A stretch of 40,720 nt of DNA from a virus. Its lineage: Duplodnaviria; Caudoviricetes. The notes under the pieces were generated by a model. The model did no database searches. It worked only from the letters and a program-made list of their open reading frames with translations, and was not told the DNA's origin. This document shows, piece after piece, positions 9,501-21,500 of this stretch. The DNA lies in the IMG/VR virus record IMGVR_UViG_3300044513_002776, positions 1-40,720 of that record; one strand, written 5' to 3'. The translations under genes were made by a program, and so were the position numbers. Within the stretch, counting starts at the first letter, position 1, and every line of letters begins with the position of its first letter.

Positions 9501-12500
9501 AGATAGCGAAACAGTTTTCCAATATCAATTGCCACAACCAGCAACGGTTGTTCCTCAAGGAAATATTCTGGTTTCTGTTGATTTGAATAAGGGTAAATCA
9601 ACTAATGCTGCTATTCTGAATGCTATTGGTCCTTACACCACCAACGTTCAAAATTCATTTTTTAATGATAATTATGTATATGTTGCCTCTACTGGAATTC
9701 CAAACTATGAAGTTGGACCTTTCCCAGGGTCTGCTTTATTACCTGGAAACCAAAGAAAATTAAATAGATTCCCACTGACTCCTATTACAATTTCGACCAA
9801 AAATCTTATTAATCCTGGACCAATTGGAACTTGGGTTAATGGTGTATCTATCTGGTCTTATAAGTCAACCGAAAGTAAAACTTTTGGTGCAGTTACAAGC
9901 ATTGATATTACAAATGTTGGTTCGGATTATGATGCAGCATCGCCACCAAACATTACCGTTTCGAATGGTGGTGGAACAGGTGCTACTGCTAGTGTAGTTG
10001 TTGATGGATCTGTTAGTGAAATTTCTGTAACAAATGGTGGTAGCGGGTATACATCATCTCCTCTGGTTTCTATCGTTGGTGGTGGTGGAGCGGGAGCTGC
10101 CGCTACAGCAATTATTACTAAGGGCGTAGTATCACGTATTCTTATTAACTCTGGTGGTAGCGGATACACTTCCCAACCAGCAATCACTATTGTTGGCGGC
10201 GGTGGAGTAGGTGCTCAAGGAACTGCCTCTGTTCGTGGACCAATTAAGTCCATCAGTGTTACTAATGGCGGCAATTCTTATACATCTAAACCAGATATTA
10301 CATTAAGTTCTGGAACTGGTGCAGTTGCTCAGGCAATTGTGAATGATGGTAGAATTATTTCTATCGCAATTATTTCTGCTGGTCAAGGATATACAACTGC
10401 TCCAGAAGTCACCATTCAAGGTGAAGGATTTGGTGCTGTCGCTAGAGCAGTGATTGATACAGATGGAGAAAATGCAGGTAGAGTCACAAGTATTCAAATT
10501 CTTAACAGAGGTATTGGATATTCTTCAGGAACTACTGTAATTAATTTGAATTCTATTGGTTCTGGAGCAACATTTAGTGCCAACGTTTTCCAATGGACCT
10601 ATAACTTACAAGAGACTTCTTTCTTAGATGCCTCTAAAGGTGGAGTTTTTGCTGGTTATAATAACCAGTATGGTGGTGAATATGCACACCTTTCGAATCC
10701 TCAAAGATTGAGATATATTTTGGGTGATAATTTATTCCAAAATACAGCAAATCAAATTCTTGAACAAGAAGACCAACTTGACCACTCACCCATTATTGGA
10801 TGGGCATTTGATGGCAATCCAATTTACGGTCCTTATGGATACGATGATCCTACAGACCAAAGTTCTCAAATTACAAGACTCAATTCTTCTTATAGACTGA
10901 AACCAAATATCGTTTTTAATGACATTACCAATCCATATCCATCTAGACAAGCAGGACCTTTGCTTACCGATGAGTCTGCTGGAACCTTTGTCGAAGATTA
11001 CGAATATGTCTTTGGATTGGGTGATTTAGACCAATATAATGGTCGTTTTTGTAAAACTCCCGATTTCCCAGAAGGTAGATATTGCTATTTTGTAACTATT
11101 GACACCACTGAAGCAGGAAATCCCGTTTTCCCATACGTTCTTGGACCAAGTTTTAACTCGGTTGTTGATTCTTGGAACTTGAATGCTGATGCTGTTCAAC
11201 AAAACATTCCAACTGGAGTTGTTAGATATCGTGATCCATATGAAAATGTAGATATTGATGTAGAAAGAGCTCCTAATGCGTCTACAAATTCTTTAACAAC
11301 AGAAGATGGTGATATTTTACTATTTGAAGTTGAAGATGAAAATAGAGATGGAATTATTTCTCAAGATGAAACTGATGATCCAGACCAAATCTTTGAAGAA
11401 TCGCCACTACAACTGTTTGACTACTTCCCTAAAGTAAAATTTGATTCTAAAGTTGATATTGAAGTAGAAACTACCACTAAATTTGAAAATGCTTCTGTAA
11501 CTGGATTTACAATTGAAAACGCAGGATTAAATTATCAAGTAAATGATAATTTAGTATTTGATAACACAGGTACAAGTGGAACTGGAGTTTCTGCTAGAGT
11601 TTCTAGAATCAAAGGTGAGGAAGTTAGTTCCCTTACCTTTGAAAATATTAGTGGAGATAATTTTGGTGTACTAACAACTACCAATCCTCATAATCTTGCA
11701 GTTTCGGACACAGTATATCTGGATTATAGTCCAGTAATGGACAATACAAACAAGGAGTTTACCGTCCGTCAATACAAAGGTATCGAAGAAATTGTTATTA
11801 ATCAAGTTGGTTCTGGATACAATGAAGATATTCCACCTACAATCATCATTGATGGTGACGGACAATCTGCAGAATTGCAAGCAGTTGTAAGTAGTGTAGG
11901 TTCCATTGACACCATTAATATTGTCAATTCTGGTTATGGTTACACTTCAAATCCTCGTGTAATCTTAAGTCATCCTCAGATATTCAAAAAAGCAGACTAT
12001 TATGTTTCTTTGATTGAAAATAATAACTATGTTAAGGTAAATGATGTTGTAGTTAATTCTAACAAAGAAGTATTTGTATGTGGTAAGACAAAAGATTCTA
12101 GTGGAAACACTGTTGCTTTTGTTTCAAAACTTTCTGCTACTGGTGTTAAAGAGTGGGAAAAAACTTTAGAGAGTTCTGCTGGATTAAACTATGCAGAAGC
12201 ACAAAAACTTTATGTTGATGGAAATGCTGTTTGGATTGTAGGTACTCTAAATTCTAATAGCCAAATTCTTAATGCATATAATCCAGATATTTTCCTTGCA
12301 AAATATAATCAAAGTTCTGATGGATTGTCTGCAACTTTAGCATTCCAAAATGCATATTCTGGTATTTCTGGTTCTACCAGAGCAGATTATGTAACTTCTA
12401 TTCAAAAGTACTCTGATACTAGATTTGTTATTGGTGGATACACAAATACTAATTCTACCAATCCTCACGATGCTTTTATTGCTACAATTGATACTACTGG

Positions 12501-15500
12501 TAATTTTGCAATTAAGAGAAAATTAGCATCGGCATCTAAGTCTGAAAAACTTACAGAGTTTGTAATTAATGGTGATAACATTTACTTCTGTTTAGAAACT
12601 GCTTCTAGTGATACTTCTAATGATGTATCCGTAGCATTTGGTAAAGCAACAATTGGAATTAGTGCAATTGTTGTTGATTGGATTTATAACATTAGCAATA
12701 CTTTATACTCTTTCTTAGACACTAGTATTGTCAGAGATGAATTTAATGAATATTATATTACTTCTACCCTTAGATTGAAGTCGGATAATGTTACTAAGGA
12801 TAGTTTCTGGGTTGGTAAATTTGATTCTACTGGCGATAATATTTGGAATAAGCGTTTTGTCGTTTCTGGTGGTTCGGTAACTGTTGCTGAAAAAACTGCA
12901 ATTGACATTTTTGGCGACTTAAACGTTGCTTTCACCAAAGTAGCGACGGCAGATTCTAAGAAAACTATTGAGTCTGTTAAGATTGGATATGATGGCGTCG
13001 TTAAAAATCACACTTCAAATGATTTTAATTTAAACAATATTGAAGGTATTACAGTACATTCTCTAGATGCTGACGTTTCTGGTGACGTACACTTATTTGG
13101 TCAAACTTCTTGGAACCGCAATGAGTTTATCTTCGAATTTGATGAAACTGATGACGCTACTGATAAGACAGGTCATTATACACCAACACTGATTGGAAAT
13201 GATGCTACGGAATCTCTTGCTCTTGTTGGTGATGGTGTAGCAAAACTGTTTGGTAAAGATGTTGCAACTCCTGCAAATTGGGAAAATGCTGCAATCAAAT
13301 TTGCTGCAGCAGATTTAGGTACTAAACTGAATGATGATTGGACCATTGAGTTCATGCTCTATAAGGACGCTACAAACTCTCAAACACATTCTCAGACCCA
13401 ACAGACATTAGTCGCAATTGGAGACGCTACAGACGCTACTGGAGGTCTCTGGTTGTATTATGACATGGGTACTGGGCAATTAGAATTGGTCGTTACTAAT
13501 AATACAACTTCAATCAATAGTGCTGGTTCTGGATTGTCTTCTACGCAAACAAATATGTTTGCTGATAATTCTTGGCAGTTTGTCGGACTTAAAAAAGAGG
13601 GTAATTCCTTTACTGCATATGTAAACGGTATTCAAATTTTCACAGGAACAATTGCCAATACCTCTCTTGGTGATAAAGACCTTCATTTTGGTAATATCCC
13701 TGGAAAGAATGCAACACCTGGAAGTTTTGCTGCCGTATACCAAGGACAGTACTATCTAGATAACCTTCGTTTGAGAAATAGGTCTGTAACACCGACTGTT
13801 CCTAGCGATATCACATCTCTTCCCCCTGTAGCAACGTATGTTCTTGCATTTGACTGGGTTGATGACGCATGGTTCACTACTAACTTAAATCAATATGATT
13901 ATATTGATTATGTTGGTTTTGGTATCAAGGTTGATAAAAATGCAGATAGTTCGAGATTAGGAAATAAAGGTGAACAATCTAATACTGGTATTGGACTTGA
14001 AAGAACCGCCGTTAGTATCGTTACTGGTAGCACTCTTACAATTACTTCTGTTGGATATGCCTTAGGTGATAGTGGATTCCAATCCTTAGATTTTGATGAT
14101 GCTATTACTACAATGTCTCAAGATACAGAGACATTAGATTATTCTAATGATGTTTGGGGTTCTAGAACTGCTACCGTTCCTTCTCCTGGTTCTAGAAAAT
14201 TAAATGTTACTGCTGTTGTAAAAGACCGTTATTTCTTTAAAGTCACTGATACGGTAAAAATTGATAATGTTCAAGAATTGACGATTAATCAATCATTTGC
14301 ATTTACTGTTGGTAGCAAACTAGTACTTAATAACGGTGCAAGTTTTGTTAATAGCGGTTACATTACAAAGGTTGATAATGCAAATAAAAAAGTTTATCTT
14401 GCAGTAAATAACAATAGTTGGTCTGATGATTTAAATTTAGGAGAACTGTCCACCGAGCAATTCTCCGAGCAAAACACATATGGAATCGTAGGACCAATTC
14501 CAAATGATATTAATCAAATTTCAGCATATAACTTTGGTCAAGTTGATAACACTACACCTGGAACTTTTGATATTGATTTAGCAAACTTTGATGCACCTGA
14601 AGGTGGAAGTAACAATTTGGATGAATTTGCCAAATTCAAACCATATACTGAAACCGAGTATAGTATTAGAATCGATGAAGTTTCTGCATCATCTTTTATC
14701 GTAGGTTCTGTAATTACTCTGAGTGGTGATGACATTAGCTTCAATTCTGATTACACAACTGCTCAGATTACTAATTTGACGGGTGTGTTAAAAATTAGTG
14801 TAGTTGCTAACTTAACAAAAGTCTTGCAAGTTACAGCAGTTTCCAATAGCGACGAGGTTTACGTCATTACAAGTACCAGTCACTATTTGAACGACGGTGA
14901 AGTCATTTTTGTAGACGGTAATCCATCCGAGCAAATTGGTCAGATTGTTTATGATGAATATGATGGTTCTTTCTCTGTAGATAGAGTAATCAGCCCACTA
15001 GAGTTTACATATAAACTTCCTCAAGTTGCTCTTACTTCTCCAGCAACAACGGCTGCAAATGTTAACATTTTTGTTAAATCTCCTGTTCTGAAGATGTATT
15101 ATGGTCATCAATATTTGTTTGACCTTAGTCATTCTTCAATGGCTGGTGGAAATCTTTCCTTCTCTAAGGATAATTTGTACAAACTTGAATATTCCTTTAA
15201 CTCTATTGAGCGTATTGGTACTCCTGGAGTTACTGGAGAGGGTCAACCAACCCCCACGGTTAAATTTAAGGTTGATGAAAATATTGTTACTAACATTTCT
15301 TATTACTTTGACCCATCAAGATCAGGTGCCGACTCTCCTGTAATTCCTGGAAGTTATTTGGATGTTACGTTCTCACCTTACAGAGGAACATTTACAATTA
15401 GTTCTATTTCTGGTGCCACAATTACTCGTGGAGCAGATACATTCAAGTTCCCACTACTGAATGAACCAGAAGGAGATGCGGTAGTAAGTAATGCTTCTTA

Positions 15501-18500
15501 TAGCACAAGTTCTGTAAAAGCAGTTGGTTCTATCTCAGACATTCGGATTGTCAATCCTGGTGGATTCTATCAAAAACTTCCTATTGTAACTGGCATTCAG
15601 TCAACTAGAAATATTGAAAGGGTTCAAATTAATGACCCTGGCACTGAATATGCAGTTGGTGTATACAATGGCGTTCCTATTTCTGGTGATGGTGAAGGTG
15701 GTTTTGTACAAATTACTGTTGCTGATGGAACGGATGATGAAGGAACTCTTATTCCTGGTCAAATTCAAAAAGTACTGGTAACTTCTCCTGGAAGAGGATA
15801 TACCACTGCTACCATCGATATTCCATCGATTTCTGGAATTCTTGGTCCTGGATTGACAGGTTCTGGTGCTGATGTAGAAGTTGTTATTCCGCCATTTGGT
15901 ACTGGAGCATCTATTTTTACCAGCGGTTCTAATGTTGGTAAGATTAAGAAACTGAAGAACAACAACTTTGGTTATGATTATCCTCATGATTATACACTGA
16001 GACCTGAGATTACATTCCCAATTAACTGTCAGTTAACATCTACCAGTATTCTGGATAGTATTACTGTTACGGATCCTGGTTCTGGATATTCTCAAGCACC
16101 TGCAGTTGTAATTGAAGGTGGTGGCGGTTCTGGTGCTATTGCTGAAGCAACTATTAGAAATGGTAGACTTGACCAAATTTTAGTCAAAGATCCTGGAGCT
16201 GGATATTCTTCTACACCTACAGTAACCCTGAAATCTTCATTCAACTATGTTATTAACGTTGACTTGGGTCTTTTACAGTTTGCTTTCCCCCATGGTATTC
16301 CTAATGGTTCGGAAGTTACGCTGAACGTTGTAGATACTGGAGATGGAGCAGATTTCCCACTTGCAGCTGGTGCATTGGGTAGATTGAACGGTTCCACCAC
16401 ATATTTTGCGATTACTGGTTCTGCAAACTCTCTTGAAGATGACCAGATGAAGTTGGCAATTACTGCTACCAACGCAGAACTTGGTGACGCTATCACTTAT
16501 GTTAATGCTGGTACTGGTCGTCAGCAAGTATTAACCGAGTCGTTTGGTGGTGCTGCAACTGCTAATGTTATCACTTCAACTTTCCTTGAAGGAGAACTTG
16601 TTTATCAAGGTGATTCTTTTGCCACAGCTACAGCAACTGGATATGTTTCCACTAACAGTGGATGGCAGATTGGTCCTAGAATTCTTAAAATTGTAGATTA
16701 CACTGGAGAATTTATTGAGAATCAAACTGTTACTGGTGTTGTATCTAAATCTTCTGGTGTAATTAGTGACCTCAAGATTGCTAAAGGTGTTCTTGATATT
16801 GGTTCTATTACTAAGACTACTGGACAATTTATTGACGATGTTGGTAAGCCCTCTGAAATTATTCAGAAAATTCAAGACTCCTACTATTATCAGGACTTCT
16901 CCTACGCTGTTAAGTCTGCGGTTTCCATCAGTGAGTGGAAAGATATTCTTATTAAGAATGTACACCCAGCATCGTTTAAAGTGTTTGGTGAATTGAATCT
17001 CAGTGAGTTTTCTAATATTCCAAACAAGAAAACTGATTTCCAGTTAACTAAATCTGTTGAACTGGCGCAGGAAGCAATTGTTCCCAATATTCAGAACTTT
17101 GCTCTGGTTGAACCAATTTATAGCGAGTTCAACAATACAGAAGTTCTTTTCCGTCAAAAGAGACTCACTTCTTCGGAGAACATTCTCACCTCTGTTGTAC
17201 AAAGAATTGACGATATTTCCAATTTGTTTGATGGCGAAAGAATTGCATTCCCATTAACTGTTGATGGTAACAACATTGTTGCTAATGCTAACCAGTTGAT
17301 GATTGTTTTGAATGGTGTTGTTCAAACTCCAAATACATCATTTGAAATTCAGAATGACTCTATTGTGTTTAGTGAACCACCAGCGCCTCCTGCTAGTGTA
17401 AAGTATGTAAACACTACAATTCAACAAATTAATACTGTTGAATTGCAATTTATTAACACTGGTGGCATTTTCCCCAATATTGGCAATACTCTTGTTGGTA
17501 CTGCTTCTGCTGCTAGACTAACTGTTACAAACGTTGCTGGAAATAGCATTTTTGGTTTTGTTACTCAAGGCACTTTCCAAAATGGTGAACTTTGTACTGT
17601 AGGTGCTACTGGATTTGCTGCTAACCTTTCCGCTGAAATTGCAGTATCTAATAATGGATTATTCATCTTTGGCGAAACTGTAACTGACCTTACGGGTGAT
17701 ACTGCAGTTGTTGAAAGTATCAACCTTGAAACAGGACAAGAACTGCCTCTTGCAAAACTGCGTTATACTATTGGTCCTTCTACAACAACATTTGAAGTTA
17801 TTGATTATTCTGCAGCAACAGATTCTCCTGTAGATAATGGTACATTTACTCCTGGTGAAACCTATCAATTTGGTTCTGAAATCTTCTTGGTTAACTCCAC
17901 CACCAATGGAGCAGAGTCCACAACGTTGAGTGTGACAAGAGCGCAGTCTGGCACATCTGCGGTGTCTCATCAAGAAGATATTCCCATTTATGGAACTCAA
18001 ATCTCCATTAATGATGAACTGACTTTGAGTAAGACCACTGGCACTTATCAGTCTACCCCAGGTCTTTTTGATATCCAACTTAATGATATTATTATTGGTG
18101 CTCAATCGGGTGTTGTTGCTAGAATTACATCTACATCAACGTATCAAGACCCAGTAACTCAAGAATTTATTGGTCAAGTTGATATTTCTGAAGGTTCTTC
18201 GTTCTTTGGTCTTCTGTTCAACAGAATTACCTCAGCATCTTATCCAAATGTTGTTATTGATGATATTTCTAAATCTCAAGTAACTGTTGTTGATTTTGAA
18301 GATAACTCTACTCCTTTTAACTCAGATTTCCCTGCAAACGAGTTAATTAACAACTATGTAATTCCTTATGATAATGAGAGTGGAGATTTCCAAGATAACG
18401 AGTTCATTAGAAATTATCTAATTGAATATGGTAATAGTAGTGGAGATTATGTTTCTGGTGAAGGTGCTGTAATTAGAAAAATTACTTTTAAAGACCAGCA

Positions 18501-21500
18501 AGGAACTGGATTCTTCGCTAGTGGTCAAATTCTCAAGACCCGAGATACAAAGGCAGAAGTCATTGGTTATAACCAAGCACGCAAGACAATCTATCTTGGT
18601 AAGATTGCTAGAATCCTTAACTCTGGTCAGGATTATCATACAGCAACTTTCAACAATAGTGCTCAGTTAGATACTGCTCAGAAGAAGTTTGGTCCTTCTT
18701 CATTATTACTGGATGATGCTACTACTGATTATCTTTCCATTCCAACTTCTACCGAATTTGGTTTTGGCACAGGTGCATTTACTGTTGAGTGTTGGATTCG
18801 CCCAGATGATGTTTCTGCTGGTGATAGACATATCTTTGATATGAGAGATGGTGGTGGTGATGCAAATGCTGGTAGACTTTATATTGCCACAGACCAAGTA
18901 CGCTTTAATATTGGCGGTAGTGACGTTGTTACATCTGGCGCAACAACGCTTTCTGCAGATACTTGGTATCACATTGCTATCACTAGAAGTGGTACTGATT
19001 TGAAGTTATTTGTTGATGGTTCTGAAGCTGGAAGCACCACTAACAGTACCGATTTAGGTTCCACAAAACGTCTCTTTATTGGTTCTAATTTTAGTGCTGC
19101 AAATACCTTCTCTGGTCATATTGATGAGTTTAGGGTTTCTAACACTGGTCGCTATAGCGCAGCGTTTACACCACGCAACGGTATCTTCCAAGGTGACAGC
19201 AACACCAAACTTCTTTTCCACTTCGATGGTTCTGATGGACAGGTATACGACCAAGATTGGTCTGGTGGAGAGTCCCTCACAAATGGTGAAGATTTCCATA
19301 ATGATTCAATCTTAGCAACCTCTAGACTTGCTGGTGCTCCTGTCGGATTTACTGGTAACTCTCACAGAGTTTATAATGCAACTACGTCAATTGCTTTGAA
19401 TAAGGACTTTATCGCTAAAGAAGTTGTATATCTGCTTCTTCAGCAATATCCTTCCCTTGTCATTCCTGGTGGTAATGTCAACTGTGAAGACGACATTCGT
19501 GATGTCTTAGACCAGATTATTGAAGACCTTAAGAATGGTTCTAACAGCCATATGTGGGATGCTGCAGCAATCTATGTTGATAGAACTCAGAATCCTGTCA
19601 CTCTCAATCATATTGAGACTGAAGTTGCTGAGACTATCTGGGCATATAATAAAGTTGATGAAATGCTTCAGTACATCATCAACAACGTTACTTGGACAGT
19701 TCAAGGTGACCATGGACTGACTCAGACTCTTAATACTGAGGCATCTAACATCTATGAAGGCGGTTCTCCAAGTCTCAGCAATTGCGCTGACGTTTACACC
19801 ACAATCAATAACCTGATTGATATCCTGACAGATACTCTTTCTGAAGCAGATACTCCTAGTGCAACTCCTGATGGTGACCATCTTGCAACTGTAACTAAGG
19901 TTGAACCTGCATTTGAGTTTGTTGGTGGAACAGTTGATGCATTCTATGAGGTTCCATTCACTGTAGATTATCATGATGGAAACACTGATGTAATCTATAC
20001 AAATCAAATTGATACTGATTCTAGAAATAGATTCTATGATGCAGCAAACTTGATTCTCAAGAATCGTGCTGTCATTATCGATAAAGCATCTGCAGACCTC
20101 ATCAACAGATATCCTGACCTTGCTCTGGATATGCCCAGAAACGAATCTGGAAATGGTGATGGAACTCTTCGCTGTAAGACTGATTTGGGTCTTATTTTAG
20201 ATGAGATTGCAGAAGATATTCGGAACGGTGGTAACATCAATACTGTTGGTGCTGCTAAGTTCTATCTTGGCACAAATGATGTTCTGCTCCATATTCGTTT
20301 ACAGGTATGGCAGTCTGTTTATGCACATAATCGCCTCGGTTTCTATATGAAACAGGCAATCAATGGTGATTTGGACTATAATAATACTACAAATATCATT
20401 GTTGGCGATTGGGGTATTACCAATGACCCAGGCGGATGTGCTGATGTACAAGCAGCAATTGATACTTTGATTGATACTCTTAATGATATTATTGCACCAA
20501 CTGATAATGATTATGCAATTGCTGCAGATAGACTTTACTTCAATAGAGATTATATTCGTGATGAAATCTTCGGGTTGATTAATGACGAACTGACATATAC
20601 TCTCAATAATATTAATTTCACCGCTTTTGTTTATAATAGTGAGTTGGATATTGAAGATTTAATTATTGCTATTATTTCCGACCTTCAAACTGGTGGTAAT
20701 AATAGTAGCGTTGCTGAGATGGAAAACTATTTGACCTCTGCTCTTAATTTGACGACTATCGATAATGTTCTTCCAGCAGCAATCTTTGCATTAGAGAAGT
20801 TAAAAGAACTTGGTGAGTATGCAATCAATAATGCTCTTTATAATAGAGGAACTACCGTTCCTGCTGGTCTCTATTCTGCTGTTCATGCAACTCAAACTGC
20901 ATATCAAGATAATGAGTCCCCAGTAACGATTGCAAACCCATACGCAAGATTTGGTGTACTTGTTGACTCTCTGAAGGGAATAATTTCTCCTGGTGGCGAT
21001 GAGGCAAGAAATGCCGCAAAACAAATCCAATATAATGAAAATTACTATAAGGATGAACTGGAGACAATCGTTAATGCTCAATTTGGTTCTGGTTCTTGGG
21101 ATTATGATGAATTTGTTGGAACAATCGTTGATAATATTGTCCATGACTTGATTATTACTGACACCACAGATACAACTACTGCATATTCAATTAGTATTGA
21201 AACCGTTACAGATTCCTTTATTGTTGGTGAGACTGTAACTTCTAGTGGTGGTGGAACTGCAGTTGTCTTTGAATATGATGAAGATTCTTCTAAGTTATAT
21301 GTTGGTCCTTTTACTGGAACTGCTTGGATTGCTGGTGATACGTTAACTGGTGGAGAATCTGGTGCTACTGCAACTATTTCTGGCGGTGGAACTGGTTCTG
21401 TATTCTTTGATGGTACTGATGACTATTTGAGAATTCCCTCCGTTAACTCGTCGTTTGCCTTTGGTACTGGTGCGATTACTTTCGAGTGCTGGTTTAGACC

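Noticed and set aside
9890-10580. Recurring GGTGGTAGCGG.TA. sequences as a CRISPR or DNA repeat array
   Set aside because: Degenerate at third codon positions and in frame; these are protein-level Gly-rich repeats.
9760-14410. TAAATA hexamers at about 9761 and 14405 within gp7
   Set aside because: Far from any gene start and expected by chance in AT-rich DNA.
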